This document shows positions 35,901-50,000 of a stretch of DNA of 64,000 nt, piece after piece. Origin of the DNA: Chrysomallon squamiferum (taxonomy: Eukaryota; Animalia; Mollusca); contig CM022665.1 in NCBI GenBank assembly GCA_012295275.1, forward strand, positions 8,618,001 to 8,682,000, in the 5' to 3' direction. Every line of letters begins with the position of its first letter. Positions within the stretch are counted from its first letter, which is position 1. The notes under the pieces are model-generated. The model was not told the DNA's origin. It ran no database searches and worked only from the letters and a program-made list of their open reading frames with translations. A program made the position numbers and the translations under genes.

Positions 35901-38900
35901 TTTATCAAATGTTACCAACTTGGTGACAGTGATTCTGTAACAAAAGCTATTTTGATGCTCTGTCTTTTGTTGCCTGCTGAACACCTGAGCACTCTGCGTT
36001 TCATCATGCAGCTTTTTGCTTTTATTGCTGATCACTCGGATCAGAACAAGATGGATCCTGCAAATCTTGCTGTAGTTATGGCACCAAATATTATGCATGT
36101 GAACAGCAAGAGTGAAAAGATGAATTCAACAGAAGAGAAGTTACTGCAGATTCAGACATCCATTGTGGAACTGCTGGTGAAAAATGCTGAAGCTATAGGA
36201 ATGATTTCAGAATCACTGTACCAGCGCCAAGCTCTCATGACAGAATGTTTTGGAACTGATGATGAGCTTGATGCAAGTGGTGATAACACATTGGAAGAAT
36301 CCAAAGATGTGAAGAAGAAAGAGAAGAAACGTAAAAGAAGTGGGTCTTTCCAAGGTAGAAGTTTTACTGATTACTTCTTTGTTTAAAAACTTGCTTTTTC
36401 TAATATTTTTGTTTGAAAATTATGCACATGAAATTTGAGCTTGTTTATATTAAAAGTTATGGGCATACAATACAGTATATGAAGATGAATTCAAAGATTG
36501 TAAAAAATTACTAATTTGCAACATTTTCGTGTATATACATAAAATTGAAATGCATTGTAGTTCATCATTTTTGGATTAATGTTTGGATTTTTATACATCA
36601 GGTCTTGTCAGTTCAATTGCTCATGGTCTGGCTAAATTGTATCACAGTACTGATGGAAAGAATATCAGCAGTTCACAGCCAAGTACATAATTGAAATACA
36701 TTGTAGTTTATCATTTTTGGTTTAATGGATGGATTTTTATACATCAGGTCTTGTCAGTTCAATTGCTCATGGTCTGGCTAAATTGCGTCGCAGTACTGAT
36801 GGAAAGAATATCAGCAGTTCACAGCCAAGTACAGCACATAACAACGAAAGCACCCAGTCACTTCCCACTCGCCTTGAACATGCTTCTGGTAATATGGTCA
36901 CACCTGTTGTCATCAGAAAAAGAAAAGTTTCTGGAGAAGTGCCATTTTCTGCCTCAAAGAAGTAAGTTTCCAAATATATTTTAATGTTTTATGTTTTAAA
37001 TGATAGTAAAAGTATGTATTGATACTCAGGCAAAATATTAATAAAAAAATTATTTTTAGTAAGCCTGATTCTTCAGTTTTGTTTGGATTATTGAAATATC
37101 ATGCATTTTTTCAGGAAAGCTATTTTGCAGCACCTGCCACAGCAGGCTACTCTAGCCAGTACACCCTTTACACCTGGAACAGGAAGGAAAAAAAGAGATT
37201 TTAATGGTAAGAATTGAAAAGACCATATTTGTTGTTCTTGATTGATTTATATAATAATAATTTTGTTTGCACATTCAAATTCACTTGTGAATATATTTAC
37301 TACAGTGACCACTTACAAGTACATAATACAAAGATGATAAGTTCTACTTATTTTGAAACATTATTAAAACTACTAAATTGGCACATGTATAAAGACTTGC
37401 TTTTAAATATATTTAAAACTGATTTTATTTAGCACTTATATACACAGTAAAAATGAAATTGTTATCATTAACAGATCCACGGAAAATGGGAGTTTTGAAC
37501 ACACCTAGCATTGCTTTTGGTGAAAAAGCACAGTTGCCATTCACTGCCACTCCGTGTCAAGATATGAAATCATCCCGGAAAAAACTCAATCTTTTTAGTC
37601 CACTGAGCAGTAAGAAGCTGAAAAGGTTATCATTTATATTTCATTTTTTATAAGTTACGTCTCTTGAATTAATAGATATTTCACCTAACAAATGTTTTGT
37701 TTTGCATATTTACAGCTTTGACAGGATACAATTTCTAATTTAATAAACTGATTTCAGCTTGTAGGTGTTGTATAGTTGCAGAAAGATACATACCTGATGG
37801 TTGTTGGGACTATTTTTATTAGTTGTTTGCATTTTTCTTTTCTTTTTCTTTATATTTTGCCACAAGAATTTACAAATAATTTAACTGTATTGTATCCAAA
37901 ATATATGTACGTTAAAAGAAAGAGAATTATTTATTATATGATATTCTTAATTAAAATGTATATCTTTTCTAGAACTCCTTCTGGTGCTAACATATCAACA
38001 CAGTCTGCAAAGAAACATTCAAAAGGCAAAAATATTTTTCGAAGAATGAGTGGTGGGAAAGCAGACAAGGTAATTATTATCTGTTTTGTTACATTATTTT
38101 TCCAAATGATTGTCCCTCCCAATAACAAAAATATTTAGGAAAGAACAACTGTATAAAGACTAATCAGAAATTAATTAGATTATCTTAGCAATGATATGGG
38201 CTAACAGATTAACTGGAATTACTAGCTGGAAAACACTGAATGAAAATCTTTATGATTTTAACTGAGTTTTATTATATCATGAGCCAAAAGTAGTATCTAA
38301 TAAAATAAAAATTTGTTTTGCTAGGGAAGCTGGTTAGCTTGTTTCAGATTAAATATCTTTATTGAACAGCATTCTGAAATTAAATAATTTGCTATAAATG
38401 AATACATTCTTATTTAACTCTTCTTAGTAATCATTCTTCATAAACTGTATATTTTTCAGGTTGAAGATACAAATCCAGTTGGAGAGAGACTGGCAAGTCC
38501 AAAAGGTACATCTGAAGATGATTATGGCTTTATTCAAATAAATGCACAAGAAGTTCGCAGTCCAAAACAACAATCACCAATTGATGTTATTTCTTCTAAT
38601 TCTCCTTCTCTGATGACTCAAGATTCTACTTTGCTGTCAAGATTCGATGATACACAGATGCTGAATGAAGGGTTCATCGATGCTAATTCATTAGATGTGA
38701 CAGCAAATTCTTCTAATCCATTAACTAGATCATACAGTCTTTACACTAATACTCGCTTGTCTCGTGCAGATGTTCCTTATGGTCGAAAACCACATAAAAG
38801 ATCACTTTCTGCTGATGGCACTGCTTCAGATGATAAAATGCAGATTCTCAGAAGGGGTCAGCCCAACACCATTAAGAATGGACTGCTGAAGGGAGAACAG

Positions 38901-40970
38901 CAGCAGCTTAAAAAATTGCGTAAAAGTTTTGAAAAACCTGACATCAGTGGACCCATTCCAATTATTGTCCCTCCTGTTCAGGAGTATTGTGGCACAATAA
39001 ATGTATTTGAATCAAAAGAAGCAATGTTGAAAGCTGCTTCTAATAAAACACTCAATGCTAGTGTTACAAATGTTATCCTTCCACCACCAAATCAGTTTGC
39101 AGATGAATCCAGGGCAACTGATTATGATTCCGATGAATCAGAAGCAGGCTTCTCAACTATATCTGGAGGAACTGTTATCCATGTTCCAGTTTTGTCCTCA
39201 TCCAGTTTAAAATCAAATGCATCATCAAAAAGTTGTGATTCAAATATGATCTCGGCTTCACAACAAAATCTGGTTTCTGAATTGCATTCAAGTAATAGTA
39301 CCGATAGCCTTTTGAGTGCTATCTCGGTGGATTCAACCAAAAGCCACCAATCCAATTTGAAAAGATGTTTGTCCAATGATAGTGGCCAGGGATCACTTTT
39401 AGATTATACTGTGGCACAAATGAAACCAAATCCTGAGCAGAAAGAAGATACCTTGGACGTAGCTTTCATTGAAAGTGAGAGTATTCTTATGGACAGGACA
39501 ATAATGCTACCCCTTCAGAGAGGTCCAAATATTTCTCTTTCCAGTGGACATATATCAAGTAACAGTCACAATTATTCTTTTCATCACAGTGTGAAAAAGT
39601 CAAGCTCAGCTAATCAATTGGCACCTTTATCTTCAAACAGTGTGATTCGTTCACAAAGCATGTGTATGAATACATCACGACGACATAATATCAAGCCTAA
39701 CATTTTAATTTCAGCAGATACCCACAAAATACTAGCTAGAGCTGGTTTCTTGGCTAATACATCAAGTGCTGATGCAGTCCAAGATTACAGAGTGCCAATT
39801 AAAACACCTCCAAAATTTTCCATTGCTGATCATTCACAGAACAGTAGTAAATTAACTGATATGTCTGTTCAGAAGACAGCATCACAAAATATGTCTGATA
39901 ATACAGCAAACCAAAATTTAGAACTGGAAAAAGCTAGGCAAACAATATCTGCCAGTGAAATGAAATCTAACACGTCACACCAGGAAGAAACTGAACAGAA
40001 CCATCAACTTAAGATCAAGAGAGCACAGATTTTAATTCCAAAGCATGATAGCATCGCCAATATTCAAGTAAACCAGGCAGGCAAAGTAGCAGAAAATGTA
40101 AAGCAGTTTATGGATTCATCATCTGATGATGTTTCTGAAAAACACAGGTCTCCATTTCGTTTTCCCAATTCAACATCACGTCGTGGGGTCTCACCAATCA
40201 GGATACCAACCATTTTTGCTAAAAATGATAAACATGGTGCACAACTGAGGGAGCTTGCATTACTAGCAAAAGAGAAAAGTGAAGCTTTAAAAAGACTGCA
40301 GAACTTATCTAGAGATTCAGTGTCCAGAGCTGCTTTTAAACCTCAGACAGGTCAAGACATGACAAATAAACAACAGTCTGAAATTTTGTCATGTGAAAAT
40401 GTTGGTGGGTCCAGTAAGGAAGAGTCCATAGTTACTGTGCCTTCAGTTTTAGAAAATGTTCATGCAGATGATGTTTTCAAATATCCAGGAAGGCAAGGTA
40501 TTGCTGAAGAGAAAGCAGCTTTGAGTCCAGATAAAATGAAGATACCTGATTCAGACAGATCTGGCAGCACAGGACTAAAGGAGTCTGTCACTGACTCTAA
40601 AGGAGTTGCTTTTGGTGGTGTCAATGTGGATCTTAGCTCTTCATTAATTGCAACAATAAATGATGTTTGTACACCAAAGAGTGAAAGGTTGGACAGAATA
40701 CCATTGATTGACTGTGGGAATGTAGAAGCAGTCACTCCAAAATTACAGTTGAGAACAGTGAATGGTATGACACCTAGACATGTTATCAAGTTTTGTCAGT
40801 TGACCCCTAGAGAAAAATGTCGATCTCCAGGCAAGCCTGTGAAAAGGCTTGGCTCACCAAGATCACCTTGCAGCGCTTCAAAGCAAAAGTCACGCTCACC
40901 ACACAGAGGACCATCTTCTCTCTCACGCTCTGTTCAGTCACACTTGCAGGCAACCATAGAAGAAATGTGA
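32914..40970 (+). CDS. ARHGAP11A: Rho GTPase-activating protein 11A-like (about 1325 aa). Exons 32914-33066, 33485-33573, 35347-35443, 35781-36354, 36748-36961, 37115-37206, 37475-37625, 37973-38069, 38460-40970
   Basis: LRDMGIKL..GIFG..VPKFLVDA..VEGIFRKSG (arginine finger)..LIKQFFRELPEPLF..NKMDPANLAVVMAPNI..TEEKLLQIQ, then KRKRSGS, GLAKLR and a long S/T-P-rich tail with RRGQPNTIKNGL. Nine exons give 3978 nt in frame. Confidence 0.88.
36543..36833 (+). repeat. 146-bp tandem duplication copying the acceptor and first ~86 nt of ARHGAP11 exon 5
   Basis: aattgaaat(g/a)cattgtagtt...ttatacatcag|gtcttgtcagttcaattgctcatggtctggctaaattg...cagccaagtaca occurs twice, with exon starts at 36602 and 36748. 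Confidence 0.92.
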
Positions 40971-43900
40971 GATCATGGTTGTTGTAATTTGTCACTGCTG
41001 TGACTAGTGCTAACTGTCATCTCAATGACAGTGTTTTGTTGGTTTTTGTTTTCACTGAACTGCTGATTGATTTCTTATATTAGACATTACTGCTGTTGTA
41101 CTTACTATATTCTTCATAATTACTGTCTTTTAAAAAAAACTTATGTGAATGTACTTGGATAGATTAAATATAATTGGATTTTTGGAAGATTATTTCTTGT
41201 ACATAAAAAAACCCAACTCATTTCGGTCTGTTGTTACGCCATTCATACAACAATCTTAAAAGTCATTAACCACTTCAGTTATCAACAATATACAATAGTG
41301 AAAATTTAAGACTAATTTGTTTTAAATGTATTTTATTTTTACATTTTACATTAATAATTCAGTGTGTAAGTAGCTATGTTATTTTGTGATCCACTTTACT
41401 ATAGTAAATTTTAATTATTTATAATTTTATTTAATTTTAAATATATATATATATATATGTATGTATGTAAACAATTACATTTTTAAGATACAAATTTATA
41501 TACTGAATATATTTATGATTCATATCATTTGACATAAATAATGTTCATATATAATATTACTTCCACTAATACCTTTAACTAAATCTGTAAATAAAAAGGA
41601 AATAATTATTTAAAATGTCTAATGCAATAACTATCTTATGTTTGAGATATAAATGACAGGTTACATGCATTTATCATGTTATGCAGGTTTTTATAAAACT
41701 CTGCTGTTCCTTAAACTGAAAGCAAGATACAAGATTTCAATGGTGAATTGCCATTACATTACTTGTTACTATGTATTACATAAATATACAAAATGTCTGA
41801 ACATTGAAAGACAGTTGTTAATTAGTGATGTGAAATTTGTCTTATTTTGGTATCTTTATGGTTTTGTGTATTGAACTCAACATCTTTGAAAAGATATTGA
41901 TGGCAAAAACACACAAAAAAAAAATCATTTTGCTCAGTTAATTGTGCACTCTTTTTCTTAAATTTTGTTTACATTTGTCATGTTGTTTTTGTGATGTGTG
42001 AGTGTAGTTATATAACATGTAATATGGATTTTGTGATTTGTAACATGTCCTTTTAGTTTTTCTCTCTCTGGCTGACAGCATATTGGATATTTATAAAGGT
42101 TTTTCATCTTGCAAAAACAATACAGAAATCCTAACATTTCTGTAGTTAACCATGACATAGCGGTTGTCCATTAATAATCAGATGCAAGAGTTGGCTAAAG
42201 ATTTAATTGTACAGATTGTTTTATAACCTTTTACTTTCTGATTCATAGTATTTTCTTTTATGTAAACAGGATCAATAAATATTACCCTGAATCAACTGTT
42301 AATGTATGAAAAAAAATGTCATTCTATTTTTTGTTTGTGATTATGATTATTAAATATTTTGGCCAACTTGTTTCACTTGAAACTAAATTTTTTATTTTTT
42401 ATTTTTTTATTCATGTTATAAAAATAATAATTATGATTTCTGTTAGGATTTTCACTCTAGTAGAAAGGGAAGTTCTTTTTTTATAAATTATTATTATTTA
42501 CACAATTTAAAATATTCTGAATGTAATATTTACTAAAAGAATTAAGTAGATGTAGAATTTAAAAATGTAGATGATTTGTGAAAGTATTTGATGAATGTTA
42601 AAAATGTCATGTTAGGTATCTGTAATATAAAATATTGTGATATGCATAATCAGAAAGATAACAGTGTCTCTTGTAATGATTTGCATAAATTTAATCTTAG
42701 AAATATTTTACAGCCAGGTTTTGTATATATGGTTTATGCATTCTGTTTTATATTGTTTTTAACATAAAGCTCATTATAATTTGTGTTGCTCAGTGAATTA
42801 TTTAATATTTAATTCATTTATTATTATTATTATTATACATATTTAAATAGTTAGAAGAAATTTGTTTTGGATAAATTCATCCTTTTTCTGGTCTTTTCAC
42901 ACAATTTTTAAAAAAGGTTTAGGGCAAAACTATTAATGTTTTGGGGTTTTTTATATTTGTTTCTTGCCACAACACATTTTAAAACTCTTGATGATGTAAT
43001 TGTATTTATTTTTATGCTTGTGCTCTATTTAATATGATTTAAATATCAATAATCTGATTTAAATTTCATTAATGTCAGCCATTTAAACAATGATGACCAC
43101 AGAATTGTCTCAAATCATTTTACAAAACATTTTCATCTTGTGTTATCTTGAATAATGTGAATTTATAATTTTTCACCTACAAACAGTATATCTTGCTTCT
43201 ATTTTACAAACATTATATCTTAATAAACTGTTGCTTCATAATAGAGACTGGTTTGTTTGTTCTATACATTTTAATTGTTAAATGACTGGAAAGGTCAGGA
43301 CATATGAATACAGAATACATTAGATTTTCCTTAAGACAATGACAGCAAGATATAAAAATAACATTTTTCTTACAAGTACAATTATACCCTGCCATACATC
43401 ATAAATTAGTGTAAAGCAGATATTTTTTAAAAGAATAGTGAATGCAATAAAATCATTTACCTTGTAATTTCCCTAACAGGTGTGCTACTATTAGCTTAAA
43501 CATTTACGTATTTTATTTATTTTAACTTTTTATCATGTCCTTTTATTGTGGTGGTGCTGACTGACATGGTATTTGCTAAACTGAAATTTTTAAAACTGGT
43601 GTAAAGGCAAATTTCACAGGCCAAAATAATGTAAAGCTGGCCATTGCTGTATAACAAATAACAGACCATAAAAATTACTAATCTGAATTTATTGATATCA
43701 GTGTCCCTCTAACAAAACTAATATTTATTTAGTCAGAATCTCTTGGTAAAATTGCACAAAATACACACTTGTTTCCAAACAAAAACACAATGGAAGAGAA
43801 ATTGAACTAGGATTGGAATGTAAAAGAGCAATGGTTACATCATGCTCAAATTTTATTGAATGAGAAATGCCTTATTTATTTGAGATGAAATAGTAAATTT

Positions 43901-44832
43901 ATATCTGTTACACTTACAGTAATGTATCACATTTAAGAATGTGTACATTTCAAGACTGAAAACTCCTACACAAAAAAAAAAAAAAAAAAAATCTGAAATA
44001 TTTATATTATATATTTTTTATGCTTACAATTCCAGCATGCCTTAGTTTTCCTGATATATACATTTACCTTAATGAGGACAAGAGGATAAATATTAAATTA
44101 ATCTCTCATTTATTACAAGATAAATTAATGTGTAAGGAATGCTGAACGTTGAAATATTTATTAAAGATAGATGATTTAAAGTCATTCTTTTAGTGGCTAT
44201 GAAATGATAAAAAACAGATTTGCTGAAATATTGAGGGAGAATGAAGATCAACTGCTCAAGCATATTTTTTCATCCGTGCACACATACACAGACAAACAAA
44301 ATTACCACCCATTCTGATTCAATCTGGTCTTCATTTCAGTGATACAAATGCTATAATGTGGTTTATTTGTACCTATATTCATCTTTTTCTCTTCTTTAAA
44401 TAAATTGTTGTGACATTACCTTTTTTCAAAACAGTTAACAAATTCACTAAGATAGTCTCTGTATTTCTTTTCCTTTAACAAGTACAGAATTGAATAGTGA
44501 TCCTAAACCTTGGCTTCACATTTTAACCCTAATACGCAGGTAACTGAATTCTACATGATTTTAAACACATCAGATCTTCTGTCACCAAGTTAACTTGTAC
44601 TCATCCAAACTAAAAACTGTTTGAAATTAAAATAAACTGGGCATAATTTTCAAGGTAAGTTTTACATACTGATGCAGTATGTATATGGTTAATGCTTGAA
44701 ATATTTAACATTATTTATAAGATTAAAATTAATGGTCTACAACTGTAACTGATGGATTAATGTTAGCTTATGCATTCTACTACAGGACCATTTCCATACA
44801 CTGACAGCAGTGCGATATTTATTAAATATAGG

Positions 44833-46779
44833 TTATTCCAGTGATGACAACATCAAAAGCTGTTTCAGTACTTTAGTCTGGCTTGTTTCTCTGATTTCAC
44901 CAGCCAAAAACATCTCATCTACCACGCTATATACCTGGAAAACAAACAGATTATTTATTTATTTATAGATACATATATATGATTATAAATTGTTAATACA
45001 AGATTTATTCATGTTATATTGTGTCATATAGAGAAAACAATAGTTTAAGACAATTCTTAGATTTATTGAATAACAAATTACAGATATCAATATAAGTTGT
45101 CTGAATTACTAATTATTTTTATTATAAACTGCATATAAATTGTCTGTCCTTGTTTCACCTGCTTTTCAAATGTGTTTAACTTGAACATTACTAACCTTGT
45201 AAAAATTAAAGACTAGATCCAGTTCACAGACATTGTGAAAGAATTCATTAAGAACTTCTACAAAATTGTGTATTGCTTCCAAGTAGGCCAAATTGTTGTC
45301 ACTCACATCAACACATATACAGAAATACAATCCTGCATACCTTCTGTAAACTATCTTGAAGTTACGAAACTGGAAAAAATAATCATAATTATAAATTTAT
45401 ATTTAAAGCAAAAAGTACACATTGCCAGATTATACAACTTGTACAGTTATACAACTTTTTAAAATTCAGTTTTATTAGAAATACCTGATAAAAAAAAAAA
45501 AATAAAGTTTTTTGTTTCTGTGCTATAAAAATTCATTAATAATATATGTTATTTGATGTCAAATGTAGTATTCCCATAGAATTAAATTATTATTGTTCAT
45601 AATAACAAACCTCAACAAAGTTGGTATGTTTGGCATCTCTAACTGTAACAACAGCATGCACTTCTTCAATCAGTTTCTGTTTTTCATCATCATCAAAATG
45701 CATATACCATTTAGCAAGTCTAGTCTTTCCTGCACGATTCTGAATTAGGATGAATCGAATCTGGAAAGAAAGAGTTTAGCATTAAAAAAAAATGAAAGAA
45801 TTATAATTTTAGAAATTATTAATATCAGAAACTAAATATTTACCATATAAGAGGTATAATATAATGTATATGTAACCCAAATCAATCTGTGATAATAAAC
45901 ATTCTGAAGTATGTAATATTAATAGTATATTGAAATAAAAAAGATTAAACAGGGCAGGATACTTGCATATCAAGTACCTATGGGTAGAAACAGTTCCTAG
46001 CTCAGTGGCTGAATTTCCCCACAAGGTTTTGTGGATCACTGAATTGGCAAACCCATTAAGGTATTTACTGTCACAGACACTGCTCCACACAAACTGTGGT
46101 ATGTACAATACAGCCTGTGGGATGGTTCATGTAAAATAATCTTTGCTGCTAACTGGAAAGAGCATTCCACGAAGGGGTGGCAGTTGGTTTCCTGTCTTGT
46201 TACCTAAGTTATCCTTAATATTATGGCCGACAACATAAATAAAATATACTGAGCACATAAATAAAATATTTCCTTCTTTACTACCACTACTGACAGAACA
46301 AATTATGGCTCATGTTGTTCTTTGTTTTAAACCTAAATTACTGGTATTACTGACAAAGGTTCTGAAAAGAACAAGAAGAAAGAAAGGAAGGAAAAAAATG
46401 GTTTATATTGCCATGCAAAGAGACATCACATATTATGTTATATTGATATTTTCTGGGCATAGGCATGTTTACCTCCTTGACATTTTTCTAAACATTTAAG
46501 ATCATTGGAGACGTGATAATTCTGTAAAAACGTTTTGTTAATTGGTGCTTGAAAAACTGTTTCCTGAAAAAATAATACTAATCATAATAAGCAGTTTAAA
46601 ATCATGATTATTATTTCAATTTGTTGGTCGAATTCAATTATCACGAAATTTCTTAACTGTTGTAATTAATCCACTAAGTTCGATTAAATATTAGCAAACG
46701 AATATGAAGAAAACAACATGATCGTAAATATACTGAAACACTATAACTTAACAGTGATATAAATATTTATTATTACCAT
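44833..46779 (-). CDS. AP2S1: AP-2 complex subunit sigma (142 aa). Exons 46779-46777 (ATG only), 45760-45611, 45369-45196, 44934-44833
   Basis: M|[50 protein letters not shown]|[21 protein letters not shown]...[11 protein letters not shown]|[33 protein letters not shown], near-identical to sigma2-adaptin. Missed by the ORF track. Confidence 0.97.
46070..46280 (+). mobile_element. Degenerate SINE remnant (MetaSINE-like) in AP2S1 intron 1
   Basis: tgctccac..ctgtggtatgtac..gcctgtgggatggttcatgtaaaataatctttgctgctaa..aaagag..gtggcag..ggtttcct..taaataaaatatttccttc resembles a recalled gastropod SINE body and its ttcc tail. Confidence 0.55.
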
Positions 46780-47020
46780 TTTGTTCACAATTTCTTCGTC
46801 GTACCCTCCCACTGAAATATTAAAATTAGGCGTATCGCGTAAAGGGAAGTAATCCAAAAACATGGCTCGCAAAGGGAGTTCATTCTCTTTGATGAAAAAA
46901 ATGCTAAAGAAACGGCTAACAATAATAGTTCACAGCAAACGACATAAACAAATAATTATGTGTCATTCAAGAACTTACGTGACATAGGTTAAATATTTTA
47001 AAAAATATGAAGGAAAAGGT
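46780..47020. promoter_or_regulatory. AP2S1 promoter, probably bidirectional
   Basis: CpG-retaining segment with a YY1-like AAACATGGC (~46858) and a paired TCGC..AAAGGGA motif (46835-46854, 46867-46880). On the + strand, ATG AAG GAA AAG|gtatag lies at 47007-47018. Confidence 0.5.
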
Positions 47021-50000
47021 ATAGTCTTAATAAAATCTTTTTTCTTTTCTTTTCTTTTCTTTTCTTCCTTTTTTTTTTTTTTTTTCAAAACGCATTCGGC
47101 AGAATATGCCCGTTGAGTTTATTTTGGTGTTACTGCTGCTGCTGCTGCTCTGCTGCTACTAATAATAAACATTGTAATAATAATAACTTATCATTACATA
47201 ATAATTATTATTACATATATATTTACTGTAATGTAATTCAAAAATAAGTTATATTTAAAAACAGTAACATACCCTATTAGTATTACATACAATAAGAGAC
47301 CAGTTATTTATTTATGCTTATTATTTTGTGAGATTATTTAATTTTATTTATTTAAATTATATAAGTATCAAATAGGAAATTTTCACCAGGGCCGAGTTTA
47401 TTATTATTATTTTATTATTATTATTATTTATTTATTTACCTTTTTGTTTAAAATGAAGAAAAAAGCTGGATGGAAAATTAGAGATGTGTTTCTTTGCACA
47501 ATAGATTAAATACTATAAAAGTAGATGTGAGTTATTAATTTTATATATATATATGTACACACACACACACACACACACACATGATTTTGATGATAAAGGA
47601 AAAATTATGTTTTTATTTTTATTTTGGAGCAGTAGAAGCAGACACAGACTGGATTGAAGACATGGCTATATCTCTTTTAAAACAATTTAATTTCTTTTGA
47701 TTGTATAATAATATTAATATCAATGGATAAAAAAATATAATAATAAAATAAAAAATACACTGATGAATTACTATAATTGGGTATTAAGACAGTTGTTGAT
47801 TTAGTGTCACTAACAAGGATAAACATCCTCCCCCACCAAAAAACATCCACTAGGTGCTTGATTTCACAAGACAGAAATGTAAACATTATCAGTTTTTCCT
47901 TGAACATATGTTCAACTTTTCCTTTACATCAGTTCTCCAGCTGATAACACAAAATCATAAATATACAAAGAAAGCACAGGAAATTTCATAAAGTATTTTC
48001 CTCTTTCCTTAAATTTTGTATTCCAAACACTGTAAAATTATTATTTTACTTTCTCCTTTTAATCACATTTTAAACAGTTTAGAACTTTTAATGATTATAA
48101 GTAATGTTGTAAATGAAGAAGTGAACTTGGCGTGTGGCGTGTGGCGTGTGCCAGCTAAACTTCTCAGCCAATCAGATTGTGTGTCTGCTGTGTTAATCAT
48201 CAACTGGGAGGATGGTAGTCATCTTAGAAAAAACATTTGTATTAAGTTACAAACTTACCTTCATGATTTTGTGGGGGTTTACAGACAGATTAAAGAAATA
48301 CTGGCATTGAAAGTCAAACATGTTTCAGTGGAATTTGTTTTTTCTTTCTAGGATGTAAAAATTCTTTAGTGATATTTTAAAATATTAAAGAATTCTTCAT
48401 AAAAGTATCTTTAAAATTTTTTTTAATGGAATTTCCTTGAAAATAGTTCATATCTTTATATTCTGGTATTTCAAAGACTGATTTACCTTAAGTAACTTTC
48501 TCAACTTCAGAATTGTGTGGCTGCATCATCAGTATTTGGACTATAGAAGAAACTAAAAATAGTATAATGCTTTGAACAGCATATCAGTTCATATTCTTGT
48601 TTGTGTGAAATTAATTTAAATAATTCTGATATTTTTGTTTGACTATAAAATTGTGATAAAATAGAAGAACATATATATGTGAAAAACAGTTGAAGATATG
48701 CTAATAATAATTCAGATTTGTCTGTTATTGTGAGTTTGTCTAGGAATTGAGAAATTGAGATAACTATCTCTTCTTTAAGCTTGGTGTTATGGATGGTGGA
48801 AGTCAGTTGTTTTCGTGCTGTGTTTTCATTTCCAGCAGGTGAAGTACAGAGGTGGATTACAAATCTGGCCATCAAGATAATCATATATTTACCATATGGC
48901 ATGGAACTGGACACATGACTGGGTAAGTCAGTAATAAGAAGTTTTCGGTGGATATTTATTGCAAACATAAAGTAAAAATTTATCTTCTTGGTCACAGCAT
49001 CATAAAATAGAGTTAAGGGGGTGAAAAGTTAAAAGACTAAAACTTAAAAGAAAAAAAAAATCTTTTAAAATATTACAGTTCACATTAATATGGAAAACAT
49101 TTCCTGTGAAAATGATAAAACAGCATTTTATTTTACTTAAAATACCCTGTTTATGTCAGGATTAGATGCCTCCAAGATAAATCTCAGTAACCAGTATATC
49201 AAGAGTTGCAAGGTTATGGTCAGTGATGAAACTGAAATGTTTAGGAACTAGCAAAGGTGTTAATATATTATGATAACTGAATTATGTAAGCAGTATTAAT
49301 AGTGCAAAAACTAAATGAAATAAAATTATTTTATTTCCCAGCTCAGTGCTTTTGGGAGTATTTGGTTTATGCATGTTGATTTCAAAACAAAATAGTTCTT
49401 AAATAACAATTTGTTATTTTTGAAATTAAAACCATTTTCACAATGGTCTTTTAACATCTAAACCAGCAGTTAAACACTAAAGAAATAACTTGTATACATA
49501 CATAAATAAAAAGTAATATATCAGAATAAAAATAGTTAATCCTAGGATGCTACATTTTAGAAATATATGTAGTCATCATATCTTGCTACTATTTATAGTG
49601 ATTGCAGGATCATAATTTTGTGTGTGTGTGTGTGTGTTTGTGTGTGCTTGTTTGTTTGTGTTTGTGTGTGTGACAGAGAGAGAGAGAGAACAGCTAATAT
49701 CAGCTACATTAATACTGGAATTCAATATTAAAACCAGTTCAGTGGGAATAAAAACATTATATACAAATACATATCATACATAGATGATATCTGCATATCC
49801 CATTTCCATTAATGATAACATGTCAAGTCTCCAGGATGTGTGCAACATTTCAGTAAAGCAGACAATAAAATAGTAAGTTAATTAGACCTTTTTGTTTTGA
49901 GTATATTTGTGGAATCATGTTGATGAATGTATTTTTTTGTTTTGTAAACTGTCAAAAAATCATTATATTAATTTGAAACATATCTAAAAATATAAAAAAT

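Noticed and set aside
39122-40995. Antisense ORFs over the last ARHGAP11 exon (likewise over WDR25 and the orphan gene)
   Set aside because: Shadow frames of real coding exons with no independent support.
129-46779. AMN plus AP2S1 as a functional endocytosis gene cluster
   Set aside because: They are about 40 kb apart with unrelated genes between them, and ancestral linkage explains the co-occurrence.
48507-48995. 162-aa minus-strand ORF
   Set aside because: No recognisable motifs, composition reflects AT-rich DNA, and it is antisense to a candidate ASPP 5' exon.
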